NCBI GenBank assembly: GCA_038087875.1
Contig: CM075985.1
Location: 13,764,001 to 13,828,000, forward strand
Reading direction: 5' to 3'
DNA length: 64,000 nt
Source of the DNA: Malacoraja senta
Taxonomy: Eukaryota
Shown here in pieces: positions 40,001 through 48,099 of the stretch; position 1 is the stretch's first letter; the number at the start of each line of letters is the position of its first letter. Both the position numbers and the translations under genes were made by a program. The notes beneath the pieces were generated by a model. That model was not told the origin of the DNA, did no database searches, and saw only the letters and a program-made list of their open reading frames with translations.

Positions 40001-43000
40001 ACGCCTCCGTGGAGGCTACGGGTAGGGAACGGGTGCGTTGGGGGAGCAGTTAGGGGGTGGGGAGGAGGGGGATAGAGGGAGAGGAGGGGGTGGGGACGAG
40101 GGGGATAGAGGGAGAGGAGGACGTAGGGAGGATGGGGATAGAGGGAGAGGAGGGGGTAGGGAGGGGAGGGGTTATGGAGGGAGGGAGTGACTGAGGGTAG
40201 GGGAAAGGAGAGGTAGGGAGAGGTGAGGGAAGGAGTGGGGGAGGGAAGGAGGAGAGGGGAAGGAGTGCTGGGGATGAGAGGAAATGGAGGAGGATGGGGT
40301 AGGAAGAAGGATGGCAAGCTGGGGAGGGTTGCTGTGACTCGCGTCACAACGGGGATCTCTGGCGTCACAAAGGGAACCCGTCAGTCGCGCCTGCGCAGTT
40401 GTGGGCTATGGGTGAGTGGTGGAATATTGCGTTGGGGGAACGGGGCCCAACGAGTCCCACTTGGTCTAGCAGATCTATAATAGTTTGCAACATTTATTAC
40501 CACTCTGAATGTAGTAAGATGCAATATCTTTTATTAATTCAGAGTTCTAAGTTTAGTGTTTGTTGAAATGGATAATACTTTAGATGAGCAAATTTAAATG
40601 AAGCACTGAAACTTCTCTTTTTGCTACAATTGCCTGCAATTTGGGTTTTATAGCAGCATGTATGTAGTGGTGTTTGGATCATCGCCAATGCTTTTTCTGC
40701 CAGCAGATGATCCACGTTATCCAGTACTGGTTCAATTTACGATAGGCTTGACTTGGTTCATGTTTCTGATCAAATAGCCATAAGTACAAATTAATTCTTT
40801 CCTCGCCCCTATGCTTCCCATGTTTCCACTGTACATGAGCTTGTTATGGCCAAAAACTTAAATGAACGGAACTGAGTTGCAAATGGTGAATGGAAAGAAA
40901 TGGCAGTGGAAAAAAACATTTATGGGTAATAGAAGACTGTAAAGTCCCAATTGAAGAACAGCTGCTCATTTCAAATATACTTGTAAGAAGACTTTTTTTT
41001 TCCCCTGGTGTCATTAATTGCCTAATTGTGGATGTTTTTTCATGCACAAATAAAGAAAATAAAATAAAATTGGCAATTGCAGTGCTGGAGGATTGATTTG
41101 AGATATGTACCACATGGATAGCAGCTATGTCTCAAAACACAGCAGTCTCACTATTGAATCAGAATGCTAATGGTTTATGTTATGACTTTAGTGCCATGAC
41201 CACATAATCCACATTCACATGTCTGTACAGTGCTGATGGCATATTGTATTGGTGGTAGTAAGTTTTATTTTCTACCCCTTAAAAATGACTCTTTGCTACA
41301 GAGATCTTTAATTTCATTTCTTACTATGTAAAGTGAATCAATTATGACTCATTTTTAGAAATAAATGACTATTTGAGAACTTGAGCAATGAGGTGTAGAT
41401 GAATTGCAACAAACTCAGAGAATCAAAGTAAACAGAGGACGAACAATGGAGGAGTGCATGCTGTCTGGTAATGCATCATTGTTTGTCAATCCATAATTGA
41501 CAGAATGGAATTTGCTTATGATTAGTTGACAAATACCGTTTTCTAGATTGGCACTACAATTACTTAGTCAATTGAGAGCCCTAATTTGATGGTAGTAATT
41601 GTTGTGAATTATTACGAATTATGTTAATTGCATAATGTAAGCATTTGAGTGCTTCATTTTGTATTTTAACTTGCTTCAAGTTGTGCAATAATGTTGAATG
41701 TAATTAAAATGTTGTCCACATTTTTGTTTGCACCTTCAGATCACTACCCTGGTGGCACTTCAACTATTGACTCAAGTTGGCCATGATGATCAGCTGGATG
41801 GGCCCAAGTATAAATGCACAGCAAGTCTTGATTTCATCAGAGCAATTGCCAGGTATGCAATGTTGTTTTCCATTGCTGAAGCATAAAGATTTAAAAGAAA
41901 GCTATGGATCATGTGTAGACAAGGTACAATAGTGTATAACGGCTTTAAATGCATAGAATGCTGGAGATACTAATCGGGTTAGATAACATCTGTGGAGAGG
42001 AGAATAGCTAATATTTCAGGCCAATTCCTTTTCATGAGGAAAAAGATAAGTTAGAAACCTAGTTGTAGAGAAGAGCGAGAAATGTAGAGAACAAAGTGAA
42101 TATCTGTGATATTGGGTGATAGGGAGAATCTCAAGACTGATTATCAAGAACATACAGCTGCATGAAGAGACCAGCTGTACGCCCACCCACCCCATCAGGC
42201 ACCTGCTGCTCCATCTGACAAAGAGTTTGTGGTTCACACTTTGGCCTCATCAATTACTTTGGATCCCACAAAATTAGAATGAAATCAAGTCAGCCTGGAA
42301 AACTGACACAAGAAGAACGGCTGTTTCTTGAGATTACTTTGGACTTCGTAGGAACAGTGTGAGAGATCAGAGCAGAAATGGTTTGGAGAATTAAAGTGAT
42401 GGGCAACTGGAAACTAGATCACGCCTGCACGTGGAATAAAGGTGTTCAGCAAAATAGTCACACAATCTGCTTTTGGTTTCTCCAGTGTAGAGGACACCGC
42501 ATTGTAAGCTCTAAATGTAGTCACTGAATTGGAAGATGTACATGTAAATTATTGTGTCACTTGGAAGTAATGTGTTGGGTCCCTGGATGATGAAAAAGGA
42601 AAGGGAAAAAGATCATGTGTTACATATTTCGCTGATGTATGGAAAGATGCTGTTGTGATGAGTGCTGGCTGTTGGTGGAGATGGAAGAGGGAATCAGTGG
42701 ATCATGGAGTGATTGCTTCGTTGAAGTGCTAGGAGGGGAAGAAGCGTCTTGTGGCATCTTGGTTAATTAAATTTCAGGGAATGATCTGTTGAATGTAAAA
42801 GCTGGTGAATTGGAAGGCAAGGATCAGGGAACCCTTATCCTTCCTCATGGAAGGGGAAGGTCCGTGGGCGTAAGTTGAAAATGAAGCAGATGTAATTGGG
42901 AGCCATGCCAACTTTGGAGCAAAAGCCATAGTAAAGGAAAGAAGAAGATATCTTGGGTATGAGTCCCCACAGGATTCAGGGAGGGGAGGAGGTATGATCA

Positions 43001-46000
43001 AGAGAGGTGTGGGAGTTTTGGGGCATGCATGAATATTGGGTTTAAAGATTGTACTCATGTAGCTGTTTGACTTAAACTTGCAAACGATTTTGTAATAAAT
43101 ACATAACAAAAACTACACGTGGCATTTTGGAACATATTAAAAATATATATTTGATGCTCCCAGTAAGGGTTCTATTTATGCAGAGCACATTGCATGCTAA
43201 AGTAGGAGGGGATGCTATACTTTGATACCTTGTGTCTACTGTTTTGAAGTCATTTCAGATATCCCTTCTGTCAGCATTATATGCAATATGTAGGCGGGTA
43301 TGTTTCGAGCTCTCCTTCCCTCCAAAATGGAACATGGATAGAGTTCCCCTGGTGCTTGCCTTTCACCACATCAGCCTCTTCCAACATATCATTCTCCGAC
43401 ATTTCAATCGCCTCTAATGTGACATTAACTAGACTCTTAATGAGTCACATCTTCCCATCACCATCTCTTTCCACCTTCTTCAAAGACCATTCCCTTCACA
43501 ACACCTTTGTTCACTCATTCATTCCCACCCAAACCACCCCTTCCCCAGGTACTTTCCACTGCAACCGCAGCAGATGTAACATCTATCTCTATACCTCTCT
43601 TGCCCAGCAGTGCTTCTGGGTGAGACGAAGGTTCATGTGCACCTCCTCTAACCTCAATTACTGTATCTGGTGTTCTTGATGTGACATCCTGTACATTAGC
43701 GAGACTAAGCATAGACTGGGTGACAGTTATGCCGAACACTTCCTGGATCTCCATTTGTTAACCATTCAACTCCCCTTCCCATTCCCATACTGACCTTCTC
43801 TCCTGGGCCGCCTCCTTTGCCAGAGGGAGGCCACATGCAAACTGGAGGAACAGCGTCTCGTATTCCACTTGGGTGTAGCTTACAACACTATGGTACGAAT
43901 GTTGAAGAAGAAGGTTCTCGATCCAAAACATCACCCATTCCTTCTCTCCAAAGATTCTGCCTGTCCCGCTGAGTTATTCCAGCAGTTTGTATCTATCTTC
44001 AGTATGAACATTGAATTCTCCAATTTAGGGTAACTAACAAATTCCTTCCTCTTCTTTCTCCGCCTCCCCATCTCCCCATGTCCCACCTAGACATGGTTAT
44101 ATTTCTCCCTTCCCACTTGCAGTCCTTCCTCTAGCTTCACAATTTGCAACTCTTCAATCCTTTTGTCCCACACTTTCTGTCTTTTCATTTCTCGTTTTTG
44201 TCCAACCATCTGCCTCTCAAAACCCCACTCACCTATATACATCTGTTACTGAATTCTGACATTAGCACTTGAAATTCTATCCATTGAAATATTACTCGTG
44301 CTGAAGAAGGGACCTGACCTGAAACGTCATCTATCCATGTTCACCAGAGATGCTGCCTGACCCGTTGAGTTACTCCAGCAGTTTGCGTCACTTCCTGGTT
44401 CATAATCTGAATTGCTCAGTAATAGATTTTCCAGTCTGATAGCAAGGCAGTTATCGCTCTGTTCTCGCATGTCCCAGAACCCCTGTAGAAGTGTTCATGC
44501 CACATATGATCACCACAGGCTTCAGAGTAGAGTCCATAGAAAGTCTGTGGGCCAAGACAACAAACGGCTGATCGCTTTCAGTGACAATTGATTGTTCAGT
44601 CTGTTCCATTAACATTGGCATACCTAATGCTTCCATGGCTGTGAAAGATTTCAAGTGCTAATGTCAGAAGCTGTTGACTGATACCTGGTACAAACCTGCC
44701 TCGAGAGAACATATAAATATTTGCTTGGACTTATCTTGCAAATTGATGGAATGTAAATTGTATTTACATAATGCCCAATTATGGACTTTTTCACATTTCC
44801 TGTAATGTTATTAATACTAAGTCTAAATAGGTGGTCATGGCTTGAAGGGTGAAGCTAAATTTCATGTTGTATCATATTAGAAAAGAGAAATATGGTTCAT
44901 TTTACCCTTGTAATAGAATTTCCAACGTATGTTTTGGTTGATATTAACCCTTTGTGTGAAGCAGAAACATACATTTACATTTTATTTTAAAGTAATATAA
45001 TCAATTGTTACAAACATTTATTTAATCTCATTTGAATAATACTCAATAATGGTAATTTCAATGTTTGGCCAACTTTTTGTACTATTCCACGATTGTTCTT
45101 TATTAGACCAATAACATAGGAAAAAATGTTTATAAATATTATTCCTATACTTTGATTCGTCATCAGAAAGTGGGTGAGCATTTTCTCAATTGGAAGTTGA
45201 AAGAAAAGGGTTGTGATGAATGGAATGTGTACAGAAACACAAATTTTGAAAACTACTTTGAAATGACTGTCATCATCTACTTTAAGAGATGTTCAAGGCA
45301 GAAGACTATATTATCAGTATCTTGAGTATTTGCTAAATGGACAAATGTGAAAATACCTTTCACTGAGTAGTTGGACGTTCTGGATGCAGCACCCTGGAAA
45401 TCAATTCAAGATCAAGATACATTTATTTGTCACATGTACCAATTTGTACAGTGAAATGTGTGGTCGCCATACAGCCATACGAATAATAAAGAACACAGAA
45501 CACTATAGTTTTTAAACACAGACATCCCCACACAGCGGGATCAAAGTTTCCCACTGTGAGGGAAGGCTCCAACATTCAGTCATCCCCCTCTGTTGTCCTC
45601 CCATAGTCGGGGGGTGGGGGGTCCCGAAATTCCAGGTGTTTAAAATCTTGCTGTTTTATTGGTGGAGAATCAGAGCTAAATGTTAAGTATCTTTTACAGA
45701 TATTCTTGAATCAAATTTTTAAAACTTTGTGGTCAGGCAGAGGAAGACATAATTGGCATAGGCATTGAAGTGAGTTCTAACCATATTTAACGTAGTCATG
45801 CGGTTTATCAGAATATTCAAGTTGTGAAGCAGTGTTGCCTAGGGCAGCTTATACTTTGCATTCATCTCAGGACTCCCTACAAGGACATTTGCTGCCTCTT
45901 CCTTCAATGCAATTTCTCTCTAGCCCTCTCCCCCAACATTATTCCTTTTGGCTGATCCCTCCCCTCGGAACACTGATCCCATGCTTAGCCGGAATGTCAG

Positions 46001-46342
46001 CAAGCATCAATTTCTGAAGCTCCTTCTGTGCAGGAGCTGCGGAATATTACTGAGGTGCTTTGATTTAAGGGTATTGTTCTGAATTGATCATTTGAATAAA
46101 TAACATTCTGGTATTACATGAAGACTACGGATGAAGATGACCGTATAGCTAAAACATGGATCAACTATAAGTAATAATTATGCACAATTTGAGATTTTTA
46201 ATGTGGGCATGTTTTAATTATTGTAATCAGTGCAGAATTTACAAGATAAATCGTGAAATTATGAATTTAATAATCATTTCTTTTTTTTCTTTCTAGGACT
46301 GTAAATTTTGATATAGTCAGGTACTTATATGATTTCTTATGA
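808..46342 (+). CDS. ORC5: Origin recognition complex subunit 5, multi-exon gene, 5'-partial (12 exons in window; first two coding exons lie upstream)
   Basis: Joined exons 808-1011, 1763-1837, 3183-3294, 4633-4763, 8182-8230, 10573-10663, 11319-11371, 13119-13231, 15441-15488, 19267-19377, 41740-41852, 46297-46342 give 1146 nt in one open frame. It reads [12 protein letters not shown]...[24 protein letters not shown]...[28 protein letters not shown]...[15 protein letters not shown]...[11 protein letters not shown]...[14 protein letters not shown], which I recognise as vertebrate ORC5. All introns are GT-AG and phases match. Confidence 0.97.
1065..1352 (+). mobile_element. Degenerate Penelope-like GIY-YIG fragment
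   Basis: Nucleotide similarity to 1-345 (cagcagtcctttcaggt...acatgcacctcctc...ctggaggaacagcatct...attgaattctctaattttagg) with internal deletions. Confidence 0.8.
1763..1837 (+). CDS. ORC5: ORC5 coding exon (exon 4 equivalent; Walker B region)
   Basis: ttaag|GTG...TTG|gtatgt; [25 protein letters not shown]; 75 nt. Confidence 0.95.
1985..2470 (+). mobile_element. Old, decayed CR1-type LINE fragment
   Basis: Remnant motifs tgggcagggagatggcagacaaaatt...aataagttcaagg and tataaaacattggttaggc (W..KWQM.FN..K; LYKTLVRP). Confidence 0.5.
2582..3003. mobile_element. TA-flanked MITE (Tc1/mariner-pogo type), copy 1
   Basis: TA|cagatccatcaccgattt ... aaatcggtgctggaccttg|TA imperfect TIRs; interior shared with 10044-10329. 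Confidence 0.7.
3183..3294 (+). CDS. ORC5: ORC5 coding exon (exon 5 equivalent)
   Basis: cacag|GCT...ATAG|gtaaac; [37 protein letters not shown]; 112 nt. Confidence 0.95.
3427..4120 (-). mobile_element. CR1 (HER1-like) LINE, 5'-truncated 3' end
   Basis: ORFs 3706-4170 and 3507-3689: [22 protein letters not shown]...[19 protein letters not shown]...[14 protein letters not shown]; 3' tail ggccgaatggcctactcctgcacctat. Confidence 0.93.
4633..4763 (+). CDS. ORC5: ORC5 coding exon (exon 6 equivalent)
   Basis: aacag|AT...TTG|gtatgt; [43 protein letters not shown]; 131 nt. Confidence 0.95.
6182..6609. mobile_element. Penelope pLTR-derived inverted remnant interrupted by a SINE
   Basis: gacacaatgctgga...gcatctccggag is inverted to tccagagatgctgcctgatccgctg...tgtgt; the element resumes as cagcatctgcagttcc at 6585 after the SINE. 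Confidence 0.7.
6298..6584 (+). mobile_element. tRNA-derived V-SINE (HE1-like)
   Basis: gggcggcac head, B-box GGTTCGATCC, V-domain ggagtttgtactctctccctgtgactgcgtg...tttcctcccacac, CR1-like tail gggcctgttcc...gtatctctaaagtctaaagt. Confidence 0.88.
6979..7275 (+). mobile_element. tRNA-derived V-SINE (HE1-like)
   Basis: A-box TGGCGCAGCGG, B-box GGTTCGATCCC, V-domain core, tail gggctgaagggcctgtgtcc...ctctaaactaaacta. Confidence 0.9.
7575..7897 (+). mobile_element. Rex1/L2-like LINE extreme 3' end with (CTTGA)n tail
   Basis: Encodes [15 protein letters not shown], then catttcactgcacat...gtgacgaataaacttgacttgacttg. Confidence 0.7.
8182..8230 (+). CDS. ORC5: ORC5 coding exon (exon 7 equivalent)
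   Basis: tttcag|GCT...GATG|gtaagc; [16 protein letters not shown]; 49 nt. Confidence 0.93.
9540..9909 (+). mobile_element. RTE-clade LINE, 5'-truncated 3' end
   Basis: [39 protein letters not shown]...LWEP.YGRR is typical of an RTE C-terminus; (TGAA)n tail at about 9897-9909. Confidence 0.82.
10044..10329. mobile_element. TA-flanked MITE, copy 2 (internally deleted relative to 2582-3003)
   Basis: TA|caggtccacc...gtgaacctg ends; shares ttccagagccccagctg, attcgacccgc and ggaccaccagttgcc with copy 1. Confidence 0.7.
10573..10663 (+). CDS. ORC5: ORC5 coding exon (exon 8 equivalent)
   Basis: ccctag|CC...TCAAG|gtaata; [29 protein letters not shown]; 91 nt. Confidence 0.95.
11319..11371 (+). CDS. 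ORC5: ORC5 coding exon (exon 9 equivalent)
   Basis: cttcag|T...AAAG|gtagta; [17 protein letters not shown]; 53 nt. Confidence 0.92.
12360..12830 (-). mobile_element. Decayed Rex1-like LINE 3' fragment
   Basis: caagtcgagttaagtttattgtcat tail and remnants of the ..KALQRVV.. / ..YFLRRL.. region on the minus strand. Confidence 0.5.
13119..13231 (+). CDS. ORC5: ORC5 coding exon (exon 10 equivalent)
   Basis: cttag|GA...AAG|gtaatt; [37 protein letters not shown]; 113 nt. Confidence 0.96.
14095..14230 (+). mobile_element. Short Penelope pLTR-derived element with hammerhead motif
   Basis: cagtCTGAAGAagggtctcgaccGAAAaatgtc...gatgctacctgtccctctgagttattccagc...cagcatctgcagt. Confidence 0.8.
15441..15488 (+). 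CDS. ORC5: ORC5 coding exon (exon 11 equivalent)
   Basis: ttccag|CAT...AAA|gtgagt; [16 protein letters not shown]; 48 nt. Confidence 0.94.
16057..16745 (+). mobile_element. Rex1/Babar-like LINE 3' fragment
   Basis: [14 protein letters not shown]...[15 protein letters not shown]...[16 protein letters not shown]...[10 protein letters not shown]; 3'UTR ending aataaagttatatc. Confidence 0.85.
18622..18760 (-). mobile_element. CR1 LINE 3' tail fragment
   Basis: gagtcatagagtgatacagtatggaaacaggcccttcggcccaac is the reverse complement of the CR1/HE1 3' tail. Confidence 0.75.
19267..19377 (+). CDS. ORC5: ORC5 coding exon (exon 12 equivalent)
   Basis: ctatag|ACC...CAG|gtgagt; [37 protein letters not shown]; 111 nt. 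Confidence 0.96.
20615..21752 (+). mobile_element. CR1 LINE RT fragment through 3' end, with stops and frameshifts
   Basis: [59 protein letters not shown]; 3' tail gggctgaatggcc...ttatgaccttat. Confidence 0.9.
22380..24400 (+). mobile_element. Old CR1 LINE fragment, split by the MITE at 22560-23813
   Basis: gtgggcaaatggca...ttcattttg before the MITE; aggaagctaatagaatg...tttattgcaagagga (KAN.M..FIARG) immediately after it. Confidence 0.6.
22560..23813. mobile_element. Non-autonomous pogo/Tc2-like DNA transposon with internal foldbacks
   Basis: Perfect 27-bp TIRs CCGTATTTCCCGGCAATGAAGACGCAA (22560-22586 / 23787-23813), TA flanks (extra G on the right); CCGTA termini are typical of Tc2/pogo. 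Confidence 0.85.
24761..25212. mobile_element. PIF/Harbinger-like MITE
   Basis: TIR AGGGCCTGTCCC / GGGACAGGCCCT with TTA target-site duplication (24758-60, 25213-15); interior rich in GTCGTAG repeats. Confidence 0.85.
25826..25893. repeat. Local tandem duplication, 34-bp unit x2
   Basis: atatttaaagtatattatactcagaaagcaccac / atatttaaagtatattatactccgaaagcacttc. Confidence 0.85.
27445..27750 (+). mobile_element. Two adjacent short Penelope pLTR-derived elements with hammerhead motifs
   Basis: CTGAAGAagtgtcctagacgGAAACGTC at 27447-27474 and a degenerate copy at about 27622-27655; each ends in gcatctgcagtt(t/c)cttgtg. Confidence 0.75.
30677..31205 (-). mobile_element. CpG-rich non-coding retroposon or LINE 3' UTR (related 3' ends at about 45405-45620 and 50685-50820)
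   Basis: Shared end motif tgtcacatgtaccaatt..gtacagtgaaat...catacagccatac...aacatcc.c.acag in several places. Confidence 0.6.
31206..31850 (-). mobile_element. Decayed Rex1/Babar RT fragment
   Basis: Minus-strand remnants homologous to the 48280-50559 ORF ([36 protein letters not shown]). Confidence 0.75.
33258..33452. mobile_element. Penelope pLTR-derived inverted-repeat element with 10-bp TSD
   Basis: About 57-bp inverted arms (gacacagtgctggagtaactcagcggg... / ...ccgctgagtagctccagcacttttgtgtc); TCTCAGTAAA at 33248-57 and 33453-62. Confidence 0.8.
34958..35052 (-). mobile_element. Short Penelope pLTR-derived element with hammerhead motif
   Basis: Minus strand reads CTGAAGA A GGGTC TC GACCC GAAA CATC (35050-35023). 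Confidence 0.8.
35515..36140. mobile_element. PIF/Harbinger-like MITE, CpG-rich
   Basis: TIR AGGGCCTGTCCCACTTGGGC / GCCCAAGTGGGACAGGCCCT; TAA on the left flank, right TSD not preserved; same termini as 24761-25212. Confidence 0.8.
36921..38280. mobile_element. Unclassified non-autonomous TIR DNA transposon with 4-bp TSD
   Basis: tcgtgacccatgtctcggaactacatgaaatttt at left versus reverse complement tcgtgacccaactcacggaactacctgaattttt at right; ACTT on both flanks (36917-20, 38281-84). Confidence 0.8.
37645..37770 (+). repeat. Imperfect GC-rich tandem repeat (ccggcggcccggccactc(tc)acca) x4
   Basis: Repeated motif read directly inside the TIR element. Confidence 0.75.
39391..40469 (+). mobile_element. 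Non-autonomous Helitron-like element
   Basis: 5' A|TCTATC...atatacttattaaaactc; 3' subterminal hairpin ggggcccaacgagtccc (40442-40458) followed 7 nt later by CTAG; no TIR or TSD; internal duplicated blocks. Confidence 0.72.
40045..40330 (+). repeat. Purine/G-rich low-complexity tract with gggatagagggagaggag repeats
   Basis: Almost exclusively G and A for about 280 bp; the unit is repeated 3 times. Confidence 0.9.
41740..41852 (+). CDS. ORC5: ORC5 coding exon (exon 13 equivalent)
   Basis: cttcag|ATC...GCCAG|gtatgc; [37 protein letters not shown]; 113 nt. Confidence 0.96.
42150..42960 (-). mobile_element. Old Penelope-like fragment
   Basis: Minus-strand remnants of the GIY-YIG region (tttgctgaacacc, ctctacactggagaaacc, tacatgtacatcttccaatt) and a pLTR remnant at about 41955-42020. 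Confidence 0.6.
43290..44400 (+). mobile_element. Penelope-like element 3' region (linker, GIY-YIG, UTR, pLTR), degenerate
   Basis: [57 protein letters not shown]; pLTR with CTGAAGA...GAAACGTC at 44301-44328. Confidence 0.85.
46297..46342 (+). CDS. ORC5: ORC5 last coding exon (exon 14 equivalent) with stop codon
   Basis: Long pyrimidine tract, then ttctag|G ACT GTA AAT...TTA TGA; (R)[14 protein letters not shown]. Confidence 0.95.
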
Positions 46343-46830
46343 GACCAGATGCACGACCATATGGATACTGTGAGCAATGATCAATGCTTTTGCACCAATT
46401 CATACTGATCTATCTACTCCACTGATAAGTGGCAGAGGCATTTTGGCTCCATTGGATTTGTCCAAGCAGGTGCTGGCACAGTTTGAGATCTGATGAAAAT
46501 ATCTTGATTGGTCAGAATGGATATTTAGATTGAACTATTTACCACGAACTCTTCAGTGTTTTGGAGCTATGTGTTAATTATTGACAGCAGGAACTCAATA
46601 CAATCTGTTCCAATCTAATAACATCATTTTAGCACAAAAGCTGTCAGAAATGTATTTACTTGCAATTATTTTTCCTCCATGTTGTTCTTTCCTTGGAATC
46701 TTGTACACATTTATTTGTGGCTAATCTTTCATTTTTAGTTGTCTCCTGTAAATTATACACACCCTGCTCCTGGGAGAGTTTGTCATTGTTGTTCATGCTG
46801 AGAGCAAATTACTTCTATTTTCTTGACAAA

Positions 46831-46840
46831 AATAAATAAA
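46831..46840 (+). terminator. Candidate ORC5 polyadenylation signal (overlapping AATAAA x2)
   Basis: aataaataaa about 490 nt after the ORC5 stop, followed by T/GT-rich sequence. Confidence 0.5.
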
Positions 46841-48099
46841 TATTACTTTCATAATTGTGTCCTCTAGATATTCATTTTGTTAATTGTTTGAAGCGTTAAC
46901 ATAACCAAATGTTTTTTCGTCATTGATACAGTAAGTTAGTATTTCGCTCATTCAAATACATGTTGAATATCCTATGGGAATTCTCTTATTGGCCTAGTCA
47001 GTTGCTGCTGATTAATTTGCATTCATCTTGATGGTAAAAAGTAAAACAATTTATTTTGTGAAGATGACTGACCATATTTTGTGTCATAGTTAATATATAG
47101 ATGCAAATATATCATAATTTGCAGCAGCTTGAAATATTATACTGTACATGATAGGATATTCCTGCTATTACATTAAACATCTTGAATGGCCTCCAAGGCA
47201 ATAACTTGTTTTTTAAGCCAATTCATGCATTGCAGCTGGTACTACTGCTGACAAGGAATTTGAAACTAGATGCATGCTAGCAGGGGTGATCATGGTGAAC
47301 ACCCATCATGAAGCACCATAGTTTAGTTTCACCAAACTAATAACAACAGACATTTCATCTCTGTTGGCTGAGGTTTCCCTGTGTTCTGGCTATCAACAGA
47401 ACAGTTTGTGCCATATTGATTGCGAATGCAACAGGCAAGCATTTATCAGCGTGCAGGAATTTAACTGCAGTGTGTCCTGACAGACGCTGTAATGCTCCCC
47501 ATGCTGGAATTCTACTTCATTTTCTTATGTTAACATATTTCATCCAAAGTAACTATGATATCAACCTATATCCTGCTACTAACATAATTTATACCATTCA
47601 TTGGTGTATTGTTCAACATGGGATTTTTTTCCAGCCATAACTATTGTGCTTTATGCAATGCATAAACAAAAGTGCATTTAATTCTACATTTAATTCTCTA
47701 CATTTATTTCCCTTTTTTGTCTCATACATTTGGCAAATGAGAATGCAAGGAAATGCAAACAAATAAGTGACCCGAGGTGTCTTGTTTGGAAACTTGTTGA
47801 AAAAACGCCACCTTTTCTCTTTAAATGTCTTTGTTGCTGTGACAAATACAGTACAAATAATATAGAATTTAATCCCTATTTTTCCCAGAAATGTATAATT
47901 TTTGAACCACAATTTCTAATTGTACCATGAATCTTTCCATATTTTTGGTATTGTTACTTGATCGGGAATAGTTTAGGTATGAATTACCATTTGGAGATGT
48001 ACTGTGAATGATAAGTAATAAAATCTGGAAATAAAAGTTAGTATCAATGAAAATATAAGCAACCTGGAAGCTGTCAAATTGTTGGAAAAGGTTTATTGA

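Noticed and set aside
39889-40480. 159-aa Pro-rich and 85-aa Gly/Arg-rich ORFs
   Set aside because: Translations of the low-complexity purine tract.
44451-44654. 67-aa minus-strand ORF faintly resembling a pogo DDE segment
   Set aside because: The resemblance is too weak to support by eye, and there is no flanking transposase sequence; a profile search is needed.
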